A DNA stretch of 60,481 bases, filler included. It is 6 parts of 6 records of this genome, joined end to end, with 100 filler letters (N's around TTAATTAATTAA, not from the genome) between each part and the next. Parts side by side here need not be neighbours in the genome. Positions count along the whole stretch, not along the records: positions 14,833 to 28,479 come from DRR723986_7078; positions 28,580 to 39,740 come from DRR723986_7084; 4 more parts are not named here. One strand, 5' to 3'. This document shows, piece after piece, positions 20,109-28,997 of the stretch. Within the stretch, counting starts at the first letter, position 1. Each line of letters opens with the position of its first letter. Below the pieces are notes generated by a model. That model did not search any database. It was given only the letters and a program-made list of their open reading frames with translations, and was not told the DNA's origin. Position numbers and translations under genes: made by a program.

Positions 20109-21293
20109 TTACTCCCCGTCCGTGCCCCGGACGCGTGTTTGCCCCCGTGGCTGCGACAATGCATTGGCCAGCAGATCAATGTCTTTGCGCAATTCGACCA
20201 TGGTTTCCTGACGCCCGGCGGACATCTCTTCCAAGATGCGTAACATCTGCACATCAATCGAACGTAACCGCATCCGGCTTTCGGCATCGATGCCTTCGTT
20301 CTCGCCTTGGGTCCGGATAACCTCCACCAAGGTTTCTTGCACCGCAGCCACGCGGTCGAGAGCAACGGCCGTGTCCTGACTTTCGGCAGCACGGTGGTTC
20401 ATGTCTGAAATGGACTCGACCAACTGTGAGAGCTTTGCATTGACTGCCATGTTTTCTTCACTTGAGGCAGCGAACATGCCCTGTAAGGAATCCATCTGTT
20501 CGCCCATACGGTCCATCACGTGCGTGAGCATTGCACTGTCTGATCCGCTGCTGTCTTCGCCCGATGCGAACCCAAGTCGTGTGATCGTAGACAGCCACTC
20601 TTCCAATTCGCGGTAGAACCGGTTTTGGCCATGACCTGCAAACAATTCAAGCAACCCGACGATCAGAGATCCGGCCAAGCCGAGCAGTGAGGAACCAAAA
20701 GCGACCCCCATCCCGCCCAGTTGCGCCTCAAGACCCGTCATCAGACGGCCAAAGACCGCAAGCCCCTCTTCGCCCTCTTGCGGGGCGAGGCTGCGAATGG
20801 TGTCAACAACGGCAGGGATCGTGGTGGCCAGACCAAAGAATGTGCCCAAAAGGCCGAGATAAATCAATACATTGGTGATATACCGGGTGATTTCACGTTC
20901 TTCTTCGATCCGCTCGGCAACCGAGTCCAAGATCGAGCGCGTTGAGGTTGAGCTGATGTGCATCCGGGCTGCACGGCTGCGCAACAGCGATGCCAAAGGG
21001 GTCAACAGCTGCGGCGGCGCGATGCCTTCACGCTCGTTTCCACCTGCAAACTCTTCGATCCAGCGCACAGAACCGATCAGCTGGATCACCTGCCAGAAAC
21101 AGGCGAACACGCCGATCACAAAAACCAGCAGGATAAAGCCGTTTAAATAGGGATTGGCCTGAAACACCGGCAAAACGCGCGGCAACGCGACGAAAATTCC
21201 GAAGCCGGATAAGGCAATAACCATCAGCATCATTGTGATCTGACGGATGGGTTGCGAGAACTGAGGTCTCACTTCACTGTCTGGTTGCGCCAT
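20109..21293 (-). CDS. MotA/TolQ/ExbB-family membrane protein
   Basis: LGLLGTFFGL and AFGSSLLGL helices; directly upstream of the MotB-like gene. Confidence 0.9.
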   Translation of the reverse strand: MAQPDSEVRPQFSQPIRQITMMLMVIALSGFGIFVALPRVLPVFQANPYLNGFILLVFVIGVFACFWQVIQLIGSVRWIEEFAGGNEREGIAPPQLLTPLASLLRSRAARMHISSTSTRSILDSVAERIEEEREITRYITNVLIYLGLLGTFFGLATTIPAVVDTIRSLAPQEGEEGLAVFGRLMTGLEAQLGGMGVAFGSSLLGLAGSLIVGLLELFAGHGQNRFYRELEEWLSTITRLGFASGEDSSGSDSAMLTHVMDRMGEQMDSLQGMFAASSEENMAVNAKLSQLVESISDMNHRAAESQDTAVALDRVAAVQETLVEVIRTQGENEGIDAESRMRLRSIDVQMLRILEEMSAGRQETMVELRKDIDLLANALSQPRGQTRVRGTDGE

Positions 21294-21364
21294 GCGCTTG
21301 TTTCCTGGCACGTTTGTCTGCTCAGCTACAAACTTACCGGGAAATCACGCATAACGCCAAGGCT

Positions 21365-21895
21365 TTATGCAACCAACGCCCGCACACGATCAGAAAGCCA
21401 GTTCAGATCGTGATCATGCAAGCCGATATCAGCCAGATGCTCAGCTGTGTTATAAAGGTATTCGGTATTGGGACCGCGCCCGCCGACGGCATGGGCAATG
21501 ATCTGCGCCTGTTCTTCCAAAGGCATCCCACCACAATACTGCACATGATCCGCATCGATCACATAGGTCACGGCGTTCACAACCTCGCCATTGTCGCACT
21601 GCACATCCAGCATCTTTTCAAGATAGGCTGACGACACCAATTCACGCTCGCGCAGCTCTGCTAGGGTGCGTTCTTCGTGGCCTGCTTCAACAGCAAAGGC
21701 CACGCCCTTGCAAAACGAGGCTTGGATCGCGTCCAGTGCCAACACCAGCCCGGGGTTTTCCTCGGTACCGCGATGGTGGATTGAGCTCATGCAAAAAGAC
21801 CGCGCGTATCCATTCAGCGTCGCCAACTCGCTGCGGGCAACCGGAAAGCCCGGATTCCACAATAGCGACCCATATCCAAATACCCACATTGTCAT
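21365..21895 (-). CDS. chaC: Glutathione-specific gamma-glutamylcyclotransferase (ChaC family)
   Basis: WVFGYGSLLW, HRGTEENPGLVLAL, LRERE and GPNTEYL motifs. Start at ATG 21895. Confidence 0.92.
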   Translation of the reverse strand: MTMWVFGYGSLLWNPGFPVARSELATLNGYARSFCMSSIHHRGTEENPGLVLALDAIQASFCKGVAFAVEAGHEERTLAELRERELVSSAYLEKMLDVQCDNGEVVNAVTYVIDADHVQYCGGMPLEEQAQIIAHAVGGRGPNTEYLYNTAEHLADIGLHDHDLNWLSDRVRALVA

Positions 21896-21963
21896 CGCAC
21901 TGGTCCTTGCTTGTTTCGCCCTATAAACATCAAAATCAGAGCAGGAAAAAGGGGCTTTGGCCA

Positions 21964-22965
21964 ATGTTGCGCTTGATCCGTGTTGTGATTGTCTTGACCT
22001 TGGTCTGGTGTGCCTATTGGTATGCGGCTGGTTATGGCTTGCGTTCAGGCGTTGTTGGCTGGTTTGAGAGCCAACGGCTGCGAGGATGGCAAGCCGATTA
22101 TGCCACAATATCAACCTCGGGCTTTCCGCTTAGCCATAAAACCCTTCTCATCAATCCGGCGCTGGCAGATCCGAGCAATGGCACCGCTTGGCAAGCCGAT
22201 TGGTTGGAACTGGATAGCCCCGCAATTTGGCCCGGTCGGCAAACTGTTCGCTTTTCAGAGACACCACAGCGATTGTCCTATCTGGATCGTCACCTGACCC
22301 TGCAGGCCGAAGAGATGGAGGCCCTGCTACACCTTGAACCCGGTGTTGCTTTGACGCTGAACCAGATGTCCCTAACGGCAAATCGTTGGACCATGTCAGA
22401 TGGGTCTGGTCCCGTGCTAGGCGCCCAAGATCTGACCCTTGCGATGGTGCAAACTGATCAACCCGATACATACACCTACGACATCGAAGCCGGGCATTTC
22501 ACCTTGGGCGACGACCTGCGGCGACTGCTTGGGTCCTCAACCGCCCTGCCCCAGAGCTTTGAGACGCTGAAGCTGAACACAACCATTCAGTTTGACAAAC
22601 CTTGGGATCGATCCGCTCTGGAAGAGCGGCGTCCGCAGCCCACACAGGTCGATCTGGCGCTGGCGGAAATGCATTGGGGGGCGTTGCGTCTGTTCGCCAC
22701 CGGGCAACTATCGATTGACGAGTTGGGTGTCCCAACGGGCGAGATTGCTCTCAAGGCCGAAAACTGGCGGGAAATGCTGACAATGGCCCACAATGCCGGT
22801 GCGATCCCGACACAAGCCGTGAACCCGGCAGAACGCGTGTTGTCCATGTTGGCAGGCCTTGGCGGCAATCCACAGGCCTTGGATGTTCAGTTGAACTTCA
22901 GAGATGGCTATGTGGCGCTAGGGCCGATCCCTCTTGGGCCAGCTCCACGCCTGATTTTGCGCTAG
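21964..22965 (+). CDS. DUF2125 domain protein
   Basis: N-terminal TM/signal, SGFP motif, C-terminal LGPIPLGPAP; typically divergent from chaC in Rhodobacterales. Confidence 0.82.
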   Translation: MLRLIRVVIVLTLVWCAYWYAAGYGLRSGVVGWFESQRLRGWQADYATISTSGFPLSHKTLLINPALADPSNGTAWQADWLELDSPAIWPGRQTVRFSETPQRLSYLDRHLTLQAEEMEALLHLEPGVALTLNQMSLTANRWTMSDGSGPVLGAQDLTLAMVQTDQPDTYTYDIEAGHFTLGDDLRRLLGSSTALPQSFETLKLNTTIQFDKPWDRSALEERRPQPTQVDLALAEMHWGALRLFATGQLSIDELGVPTGEIALKAENWREMLTMAHNAGAIPTQAVNPAERVLSMLAGLGGNPQALDVQLNFRDGYVALGPIPLGPAPRLILR

Positions 22966-23876
22966 CGGCAATACGGCCCGCCCCGGTGGCGCGCTGTGTC
23001 CAGATGGAAGTGATCCTGATGATAGCGGTCCGCCTTGGGCCCAAGCACCGTTCCAAACGGGCCGCAGGCTGCTTTCAACGATCTTTGCAGCAGGCGACGG
23101 GAACTGCCCCGCTTCCAACCTTGGAGAACTGTAATCACCTCTCCGTCTTTCATCGTAAACGATGAAATGTCGATGGCCTTGCCCTTGCCATGTTCAGAGA
23201 TTTTGGCACCCCTCCGGTTGTTCCGTGTTCGGCAGGCATAATGTGCTGCGACACGCATCTCAACAACGGGACCACGGTTCCGAAAGGTTGGTTTGACCCC
23301 GCGTTCAACCCATTGGTTTAGCGCTTGTGCCGTCTCACAGGTCATGACTGCACCTCGGCTTAGCCGTACACCTGAGATAGAGGTCACCCGCACTGCATCC
23401 TTGACGCCACAGCCGTTCAACTTGCCCGGAACCCGCCCGATCTTTTCGCCCTTGATATCCGCGTTTCCACAGACAGACCCCTTACGGCTTTTTCGCTTCT
23501 TCCCAAAAAACACCTGTTGTTCAATGGCCTTTGGCCGCACGTTTGGGCGTATGGACGTCGTCGGGCCAACCGCTTGTACCGCAGCAACTTGGGCCACGAC
23601 TTCTATCTCAGTCTCAATAATCTCGGGTGTTGGAGAGGGGCGTGGAGCCGGTCGCGTCCGCACACTTTGAACCCGTGTCGCCACTTCGGAAACCGCCACC
23701 AGAACAGCCGCTTCTTGCAGAGCGGGCGATTGGGGGGCTTCCGGTTCGTCCACAATTGGGGGCGCCTGAACAAAAGTGCGCCCCACAGGACGCAGTGACC
23801 GTTCCGGGGCGCTCGCAGAGGCAACCAGTGTTGTTGTTAACAACAAAACGGTCCCAACGAGGCCCCGCCGGATCAC
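22962..23876 (-). CDS. Extensin-like family protein
   Basis: YACR...ISEHGKGKAIDI...ACGPFGTVLGP...HQDHFHLD. Confidence 0.9.
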   Translation of the reverse strand: MIRRGLVGTVLLLTTTLVASASAPERSLRPVGRTFVQAPPIVDEPEAPQSPALQEAAVLVAVSEVATRVQSVRTRPAPRPSPTPEIIETEIEVVAQVAAVQAVGPTTSIRPNVRPKAIEQQVFFGKKRKSRKGSVCGNADIKGEKIGRVPGKLNGCGVKDAVRVTSISGVRLSRGAVMTCETAQALNQWVERGVKPTFRNRGPVVEMRVAAHYACRTRNNRRGAKISEHGKGKAIDISSFTMKDGEVITVLQGWKRGSSRRLLQRSLKAACGPFGTVLGPKADRYHQDHFHLDTARHRGGPYCR

Positions 23877-24796
23877 GATTTGGCCTTTCCACGCCCAAAG
23901 TCCGGCGCGTCCGTATCTTGCCCGGCTTCGATAATGCCGCGACGAATGGCGCGAGTGCGGGTGAAATAGTCAAACAGGTGATCCCCGTCCCCGGTTCGAA
24001 TGGCCCGTTGCAACGCAAACAGCTCTTCTGTGAACCGCCCAAGGATTTCCAACGTTGCATCCTTGTTGCTTAGGAAGACGTCCCGCCACATGGTTGGATC
24101 CGAGGCAGCGATCCGGGTGAAATCCCGGAAACCTGCAGCCGAGTATTTGATCACTTCGCTGTCCGTGACGCGACGCAGATCATCCGCGACGCCCACCATC
24201 GTATAGGCGATCAGGTGCGGCGCATGGGATGTGACAGCCAGAACCAAATCATGGTGGTCTGCATCCATTTCTTCGACGTTCGCGCCGATGCCTTCCCACA
24301 GGGCGCGCAGCTTTTCGACCGCGGCGCGATCAGAACCTTCGACAGGAACCAAAAGGCACCAGCGGTTGTCGTACAATTCGGCAAAACCGGATTCTGGTCC
24401 TGAATGCTCGGTGCCAGCCAGCGGGTGCGCCGGAATGAAATGCACACCCTCAGGGACAAAAGGTGTCACCGCATCAATGACATGCCGCTTGACCGATCCA
24501 ACATCGCTGATCGTTGCGCCCGGTTTCAGCACCGGGGCGATTTCTTGGGCCACTACGCCCATTGCACCGACAGGGACACATAAGACAACCAGATCGGCCC
24601 CTTCGGCAGCTTCGGCCGCGCTGTCGCAAATACGATCACACAACCCGATCTCACGGGCGGTATCGCGGGTCGCTTGGGATCGGGCATAGCCGGTCACTTC
24701 TTTGGCCAGCCCAGCGCGTTTTATCGCCCAGAACATCGATGATGCAATCAGTCCCAGACCAATCAGGGCGACACGGTCATAAATCGGTTGGCTCAT
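23873..24796 (-). CDS. tyrC: Prephenate/arogenate (cyclohexadienyl) dehydrogenase
   Basis: [24 protein letters not shown]...SHAPH and [16 protein letters not shown]; coupled to hisC. Confidence 0.93.
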   Translation of the reverse strand: MSQPIYDRVALIGLGLIASSMFWAIKRAGLAKEVTGYARSQATRDTAREIGLCDRICDSAAEAAEGADLVVLCVPVGAMGVVAQEIAPVLKPGATISDVGSVKRHVIDAVTPFVPEGVHFIPAHPLAGTEHSGPESGFAELYDNRWCLLVPVEGSDRAAVEKLRALWEGIGANVEEMDADHHDLVLAVTSHAPHLIAYTMVGVADDLRRVTDSEVIKYSAAGFRDFTRIAASDPTMWRDVFLSNKDATLEILGRFTEELFALQRAIRTGDGDHLFDYFTRTRAIRRGIIEAGQDTDAPDFGRGKAKS

Positions 24797-25878
24797 TTGA
24801 CGCCCCCTTTGAATGCGGCAACAGCCTCCACGATGCGCCGACAGGCGCTTTCGTCCCCAACAGTTATACGCAGTGCGTTTGGCAAGTTATACCCGGCCAC
24901 CTTACGCACAATCAGCCCCTGAGATTGCAGATAAGCGTCGCAGCCTTCGGCCTCGGCCTGATCAGAGAAACGGGCCAGGATGAAGTTTGCGCAAGACGTA
25001 TCCGATGGCACACCTAAAGCGGCTAGCGATTCAGCCAACCACCCGCGCCATTTTGTGTTTTCTCCCAGACAGAAGTCGACATAGTCAGTATCCCGGATCG
25101 CCGCCTCTGCAGCGACCAAAGCGGACGCTGAGACATTGAATGGGCCGCGCAAACGATTGAGAACGTCGATGATATCCTGTGGTCCATACCCCCACCCGAC
25201 ACGAATGCCCCCCAATCCGTAGAGTTTGGAGAACGTGCGGGTCATCACCACATTGCTGCGCGCATTGATGCTCTCGACACCTGCGTCGAATCCACTGACA
25301 TATTCGGCATAGGCCCCGTCGAGAACCAGAATAACGTGCGGCGGCAACCCATCCGCAAGACGGGCAACTTCGGCGGCGCCGATCATGGTGCCCGTGGGAT
25401 TGTTCGGATTGGCAATGAATACCAATTTGGTTCGATCCGTACATCCGGCCAACAAAGCGTCCACATCTGTGACTCGCTCGCGTTCGCGCACCTCAACCGG
25501 AGTGGCACCAGCGGCCAAGGCGCTAATGCGATACATTGAAAACCCATGCTCTGTATAAAGAACTTCGTCCCCCGGACCAGCGTAAGCCTGACACAGAAAC
25601 GCAATGATTTCATCGCTGCCAGCGCCGCAAATCACCTGCTCGGGATTCAGCCCATGCTGTTCCCCAATCGCGGTCCGCAATCCGGCATGATCGCTGGATG
25701 GATACCGATGCAACATCGCTGCACTGTCCTGCACGGCGGCGATGGCCTTTGGGCTAGGCCCATAGGGGTTTTCATTTGAGCTGAGCTTGATGACATTGCT
25801 CACGCCCTCTACATGCGCCGTGCCGCTCTGATACAGTGCGATGTCCAAAATGCCGGGCTGAGGGGTGATTTTCGTCAT
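24793..25878 (-). CDS. hisC: Histidinol-phosphate aminotransferase
   Basis: [25 protein letters not shown] and [16 protein letters not shown]. Confidence 0.95.
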   Translation of the reverse strand: MTKITPQPGILDIALYQSGTAHVEGVSNVIKLSSNENPYGPSPKAIAAVQDSAAMLHRYPSSDHAGLRTAIGEQHGLNPEQVICGAGSDEIIAFLCQAYAGPGDEVLYTEHGFSMYRISALAAGATPVEVRERERVTDVDALLAGCTDRTKLVFIANPNNPTGTMIGAAEVARLADGLPPHVILVLDGAYAEYVSGFDAGVESINARSNVVMTRTFSKLYGLGGIRVGWGYGPQDIIDVLNRLRGPFNVSASALVAAEAAIRDTDYVDFCLGENTKWRGWLAESLAALGVPSDTSCANFILARFSDQAEAEGCDAYLQSQGLIVRKVAGYNLPNALRITVGDESACRRIVEAVAAFKGGVK

Positions 25879-25941
25879 ATTAGGGCTCCTTGATGGAACC
25901 CTAATAACGCTCTGCTTTCTCCGAGAAAAGCGGCAATGGCG

Positions 25942-27372
25942 TCACGCCGCCACAGATTGCCCCCGAAACCGCGCGGTTGCAGGGTCCGCATCGTAATATT
26001 GCGCGAATTCCTCGGTCCGCTGGCTCAGCTCGTTAACGCTGTCGATGATAAACTGCGCCGAGGCCGGGTCCATCATGTAGCTAAAGTTTAGTCGCACCCA
26101 ACCGGGCTTCAAAAGCTCTTTACCCGCAGCAAGATCCGCATGAAGAGCTTGCGACGCCTCTTTATCAATCCCTAGCAAACGGTGTGCATAGGGCCCGGCA
26201 CATGCACAGCCACCACGGGCTTGAATGCCGTAGATATCGCTCAGCATGCGTGTAAACAGCTGCTGGTGAACGGGATTTCCGGACGCGTCCTTTACCAGAA
26301 ACGAAAAGATCGGCAACCGGTGCGGGTTCTCTGTTCCAAGCAATGTGAGATGCGGGTTATTGCCCCACCCCTCCAGAGCCATCTGATTGAATTCGGTCTC
26401 GCGGCGCGAGATTTCATCGACCCCCACCACATCTTTGACAATGAACGCCAAGGCAGCGCGGATATCCCCGATCACATTTGGTGTTCCGGCTTCTTCGCGC
26501 GCTGTCAGATCCTCGGAATAGTCGTGACCCCACGGTGAGACAAAGGAGACAGTCCCCCCGCCCGGCCAGCTTGGGCAGGTTTGATGAACCGCATTTCTGT
26601 TCACAACCAATACTCCAGAGGCACCTGGCCCGCCGGGAAACTTGTGCGGCGACACAACAATGGCATCTTTACGCACGTCCGATCCCGCGCCCATATCCAT
26701 TTCCAGATACGGACCACCCCCGGCATAATCCCAAACAGAAAGCGCCCCATGCGCCTTGAGCATTCGGGTCACCGGGTCAGGGTCCGTGATAATGCCTGTA
26801 ACATTGGACGCGGCGGAAAAGCTGCCGATTATCAAATCGGATTCTGCATGCGCCACCAATGCCGCTTTTAGTGCGAACAGATCCGGGCCGCCTTCGGGCG
26901 CTTCGGGAATCTCAATGACTTCTGCTTTGCTTTCGCGCCACGGTAGGATGTTGGAATGATGTTCATACGGGCCAATCATGACAATCGGTTGGTCAGCCTG
27001 CTCCACCCCCAACAGGCTAACCAACCGATTAAGCCCGGCCGTGGCGCCCGACCCGGTGAAGATCACCGCATCGTCTTCCGTGGCACCGACAAGCCGGGAA
27101 ATCTCGGCGCGCGCCTCATGCCGCAACCGAGTCATGTAGGAACCGCAAAAGGAGGCTTCTGTGTGGCTGTTGGCATAGAACGGCAACACGTGGGTCGCGA
27201 CATAGGTTTCCACCTGTGTCATAGCGCGTCCCGAAGCAACGTAATCCGCATAGACAAGCGGAACGTCCCCGAACAATCCAGGAATGCTGATTCCCTCTCC
27301 AATCATCCCATCCCGCAAGGACTTAGATTGAGTGGTGGCTGATAAGCCTTCGCGAAAATGGGTAAGGGTCAT
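25942..27372 (-). CDS. Class V PLP-dependent enzyme (cysteine desulfurase/SufS-like)
   Basis: YADYVASG, EHHSNILPW, SPHKFPGG (PLP Lys), EAGTP and ARGGCACAGPY. ATG 27372 preferred. Confidence 0.88.
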   Translation of the reverse strand: MTLTHFREGLSATTQSKSLRDGMIGEGISIPGLFGDVPLVYADYVASGRAMTQVETYVATHVLPFYANSHTEASFCGSYMTRLRHEARAEISRLVGATEDDAVIFTGSGATAGLNRLVSLLGVEQADQPIVMIGPYEHHSNILPWRESKAEVIEIPEAPEGGPDLFALKAALVAHAESDLIIGSFSAASNVTGIITDPDPVTRMLKAHGALSVWDYAGGGPYLEMDMGAGSDVRKDAIVVSPHKFPGGPGASGVLVVNRNAVHQTCPSWPGGGTVSFVSPWGHDYSEDLTAREEAGTPNVIGDIRAALAFIVKDVVGVDEISRRETEFNQMALEGWGNNPHLTLLGTENPHRLPIFSFLVKDASGNPVHQQLFTRMLSDIYGIQARGGCACAGPYAHRLLGIDKEASQALHADLAAGKELLKPGWVRLNFSYMMDPASAQFIIDSVNELSQRTEEFAQYYDADPATARFRGQSVAA

Positions 27373-27472
27373 GTTCAAGCTCCTGTTACCCGACCAAGAT
27401 GACCCCAAAGAAGGCAATAAACTTACCCGATTTTTGTGTATTTTCTCAGCTTTCTGTGTCATATGATTGAAT

Positions 27473-27934
27473 ATGAGCCATAGTATAGATCAAATTGACA
27501 TCCTGCTGTTGCGCGAACTGCAAAAGAACGCAACCCTATCCCAAAGAGAGCTGGCTGATCGCGTTGGCCTGTCCCAAAACGCTTGCTGGCGTCGACTAAA
27601 GTCCCTGACCGAAGCGGACATCCTGCAAGGGTCAAGCGCCCGGGTTGCCCGCGAGCGGCTTGGCCTCAATCTGGTTGTCTTTGTGATGCTACGAACCCGC
27701 CACCATTCGGCGGAGTGGTTGCAGGCCTTTCGCCGACACGTCTTAACCATCCCCGAAGTGGTGGATTTTCACAGAATAGGCGGCGATTATGACTACCAAC
27801 TCAAAGTCGTGACGCAAGATATGACCAGCTATGATCAGGTCTATCAGCGGCTGATCGACAAGGTCGAGTTGGACAGCGTCACATCCTATTTCGCGATGGA
27901 AGCCATTGCGGAAAACCGCCCTTTACCGCTTTGA
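27473..27934 (+). CDS. Lrp/AsnC family transcriptional regulator (DecR-like)
   Basis: HTH LADRVGLSQNACWRR and GDYDYQLKVV; divergent from the PLP enzyme. Confidence 0.92.
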   Translation: MSHSIDQIDILLLRELQKNATLSQRELADRVGLSQNACWRRLKSLTEADILQGSSARVARERLGLNLVVFVMLRTRHHSAEWLQAFRRHVLTIPEVVDFHRIGGDYDYQLKVVTQDMTSYDQVYQRLIDKVELDSVTSYFAMEAIAENRPLPL

Positions 27935-27964
27935 CGCAGAATAACGCGCACCCGATTTCGAAAT

Positions 27965-28357
27965 CTACCCCTCGGTACGGCCTTCGGTCTCCCGATTTTT
28001 TTCGTATCGTGTCGCCACTGGAAATGATGGCAACCACCCTTCGCGACGTAGTGTCCACAACTCATAGGTCGGTGTAAATTGGGTCGTCACATCCAACGCC
28101 CCTAGGTTCAATTCGATTTCATCTCCGGACACCGCAAAGACCGAGGATCCGCAGCGCGGGCAAAAATGGCGCCCCTCATAGCTGTGGGTTTCCCCTTCGA
28201 CCAATACCGCAACTTTTGGGAATACCGCCGAGGCGTGGAACAGTGCGCCGTGGTGTTTTCGGCAATCCAGACAATGGCAAACCCCTACACGGTAGGGCTG
28301 ACCTGTGGCGGTCAAACGAACCGCCTCGCATAGACATCCGCCGGTGATCTGCGCCAT
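27965..28357 (-). CDS. GFA (CENP-V) family zinc protein
   Basis: GGCLC...CHCLDCRK...FCPRCGS. Confidence 0.92.
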   Translation of the reverse strand: MAQITGGCLCEAVRLTATGQPYRVGVCHCLDCRKHHGALFHASAVFPKVAVLVEGETHSYEGRHFCPRCGSSVFAVSGDEIELNLGALDVTTQFTPTYELWTLRREGWLPSFPVATRYEKNRETEGRTEG

Positions 28358-28401
28358 CTGCTTCCCCCTCAATACTCGCCTCTCAATATTACCTTAGACT
28401 A

Positions 28402-28436
28402 GAAAGGAAAAAGGCCGCGCAGAATGCACGGCCTTT
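28402..28436 (-). terminator. Rho-independent terminator after rpsD
   Basis: Minus strand AAAGGCCGTGCA-TTC-TGCGCGGCCTTT followed by TTCCTTTC. Confidence 0.8.
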
Positions 28437-28461
28437 CGAAACCTTTGAGGAATGGCGAAGA

Positions 28462-28479
28462 TTAGTTCTTCGCGTAGAA
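28462..28479 (-). CDS. rpsD: 3' tip of 30S ribosomal protein S4
   Basis: Reads FYAKN*, matching the Rhodobacteraceae S4 C-terminus as I recall it; terminator follows. Only 5 codons are visible. Confidence 0.6.
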   Translation of the reverse strand, partial: FYAKN

Positions 28480-28579
28480 NNNNNNNNNNNNNNNNNNNNN
28501 NNNNNNNNNNNNNNNNNNNNNNNTTAATTAATTAANNNNNNNNNNNNNNNNNNNNNNNNNNNNNNNNNNNNNNNNNNNN
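28480..28579. other. Artificial contig spacer
   Basis: N44-TTAATTAATTAA-N44. Confidence 0.98.
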
Positions 28580-28587
28580 GTGCATTT

Positions 28588-28618
28588 CCGGCTCACAGCC
28601 CTTAGTGCTGTGAGCCGG
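28588..28618. repeat. Perfect 12-bp inverted repeat (hairpin)
   Basis: CCGGCTCACAGC-ccttagt-GCTGTGAGCCGG. Confidence 0.8.
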
Positions 28619-28774
28619 TAGTCTACACCTCTTCAGATCTCCTGACTCAATTGTTTTGGCATTGCGGCCCAACAACTAACAAAAAGAAAAAGCTAGCCCA
28701 AGCGCCAGCGGGAGGCGCGGCGATCAAAACTCACACCACCCTCCGACCATAACAATCCAATACTGCAAAAGCTG

Positions 28775-28816
28775 TTGAGATCCACGCAAAACACATTGAG
28801 ATCCACGCAAAACACA
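28775..28816. repeat. Perfect 21-bp tandem duplication
   Basis: TTGAGATCCACGCAAAACACA x2. Confidence 0.9.
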
Positions 28817-28848
28817 GGCTTTTAAGCTCAGAAACAAAGACCTTAAAC

Positions 28849-28891
28849 AAAAAACTGTGCGCCCCAGGTCAAGAGCCTGAAGACGCACAGT
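28849..28891 (-). terminator. Rho-independent terminator of the large secreted-protein gene
   Basis: Minus strand ACTGTGCGTCTTCAGG-loop-CCTGGGGCGCACAGT followed by a T run. Confidence 0.7.
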
Positions 28892-28997
28892 CTATTTTGA
28901 ATACTATTTAGAATGTCAGCTGTCAGATGTTAACAGAAGCTACATGCGATTGTGTTAAACTGACGTCCACATCAGCGGCCATTACTCAGCCTGATAA

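Noticed and set aside
17763-21293. Zorya (ZorAB) anti-phage system
   Set aside because: No zorC/D/E neighbours, the long helical extension is on the MotB-like subunit rather than the MotA-like one, and the context is housekeeping (clpA, chaC, hisC).
28775-28816. CRISPR array
   Set aside because: Only two adjacent 21-bp copies, no spacer and no cas genes.
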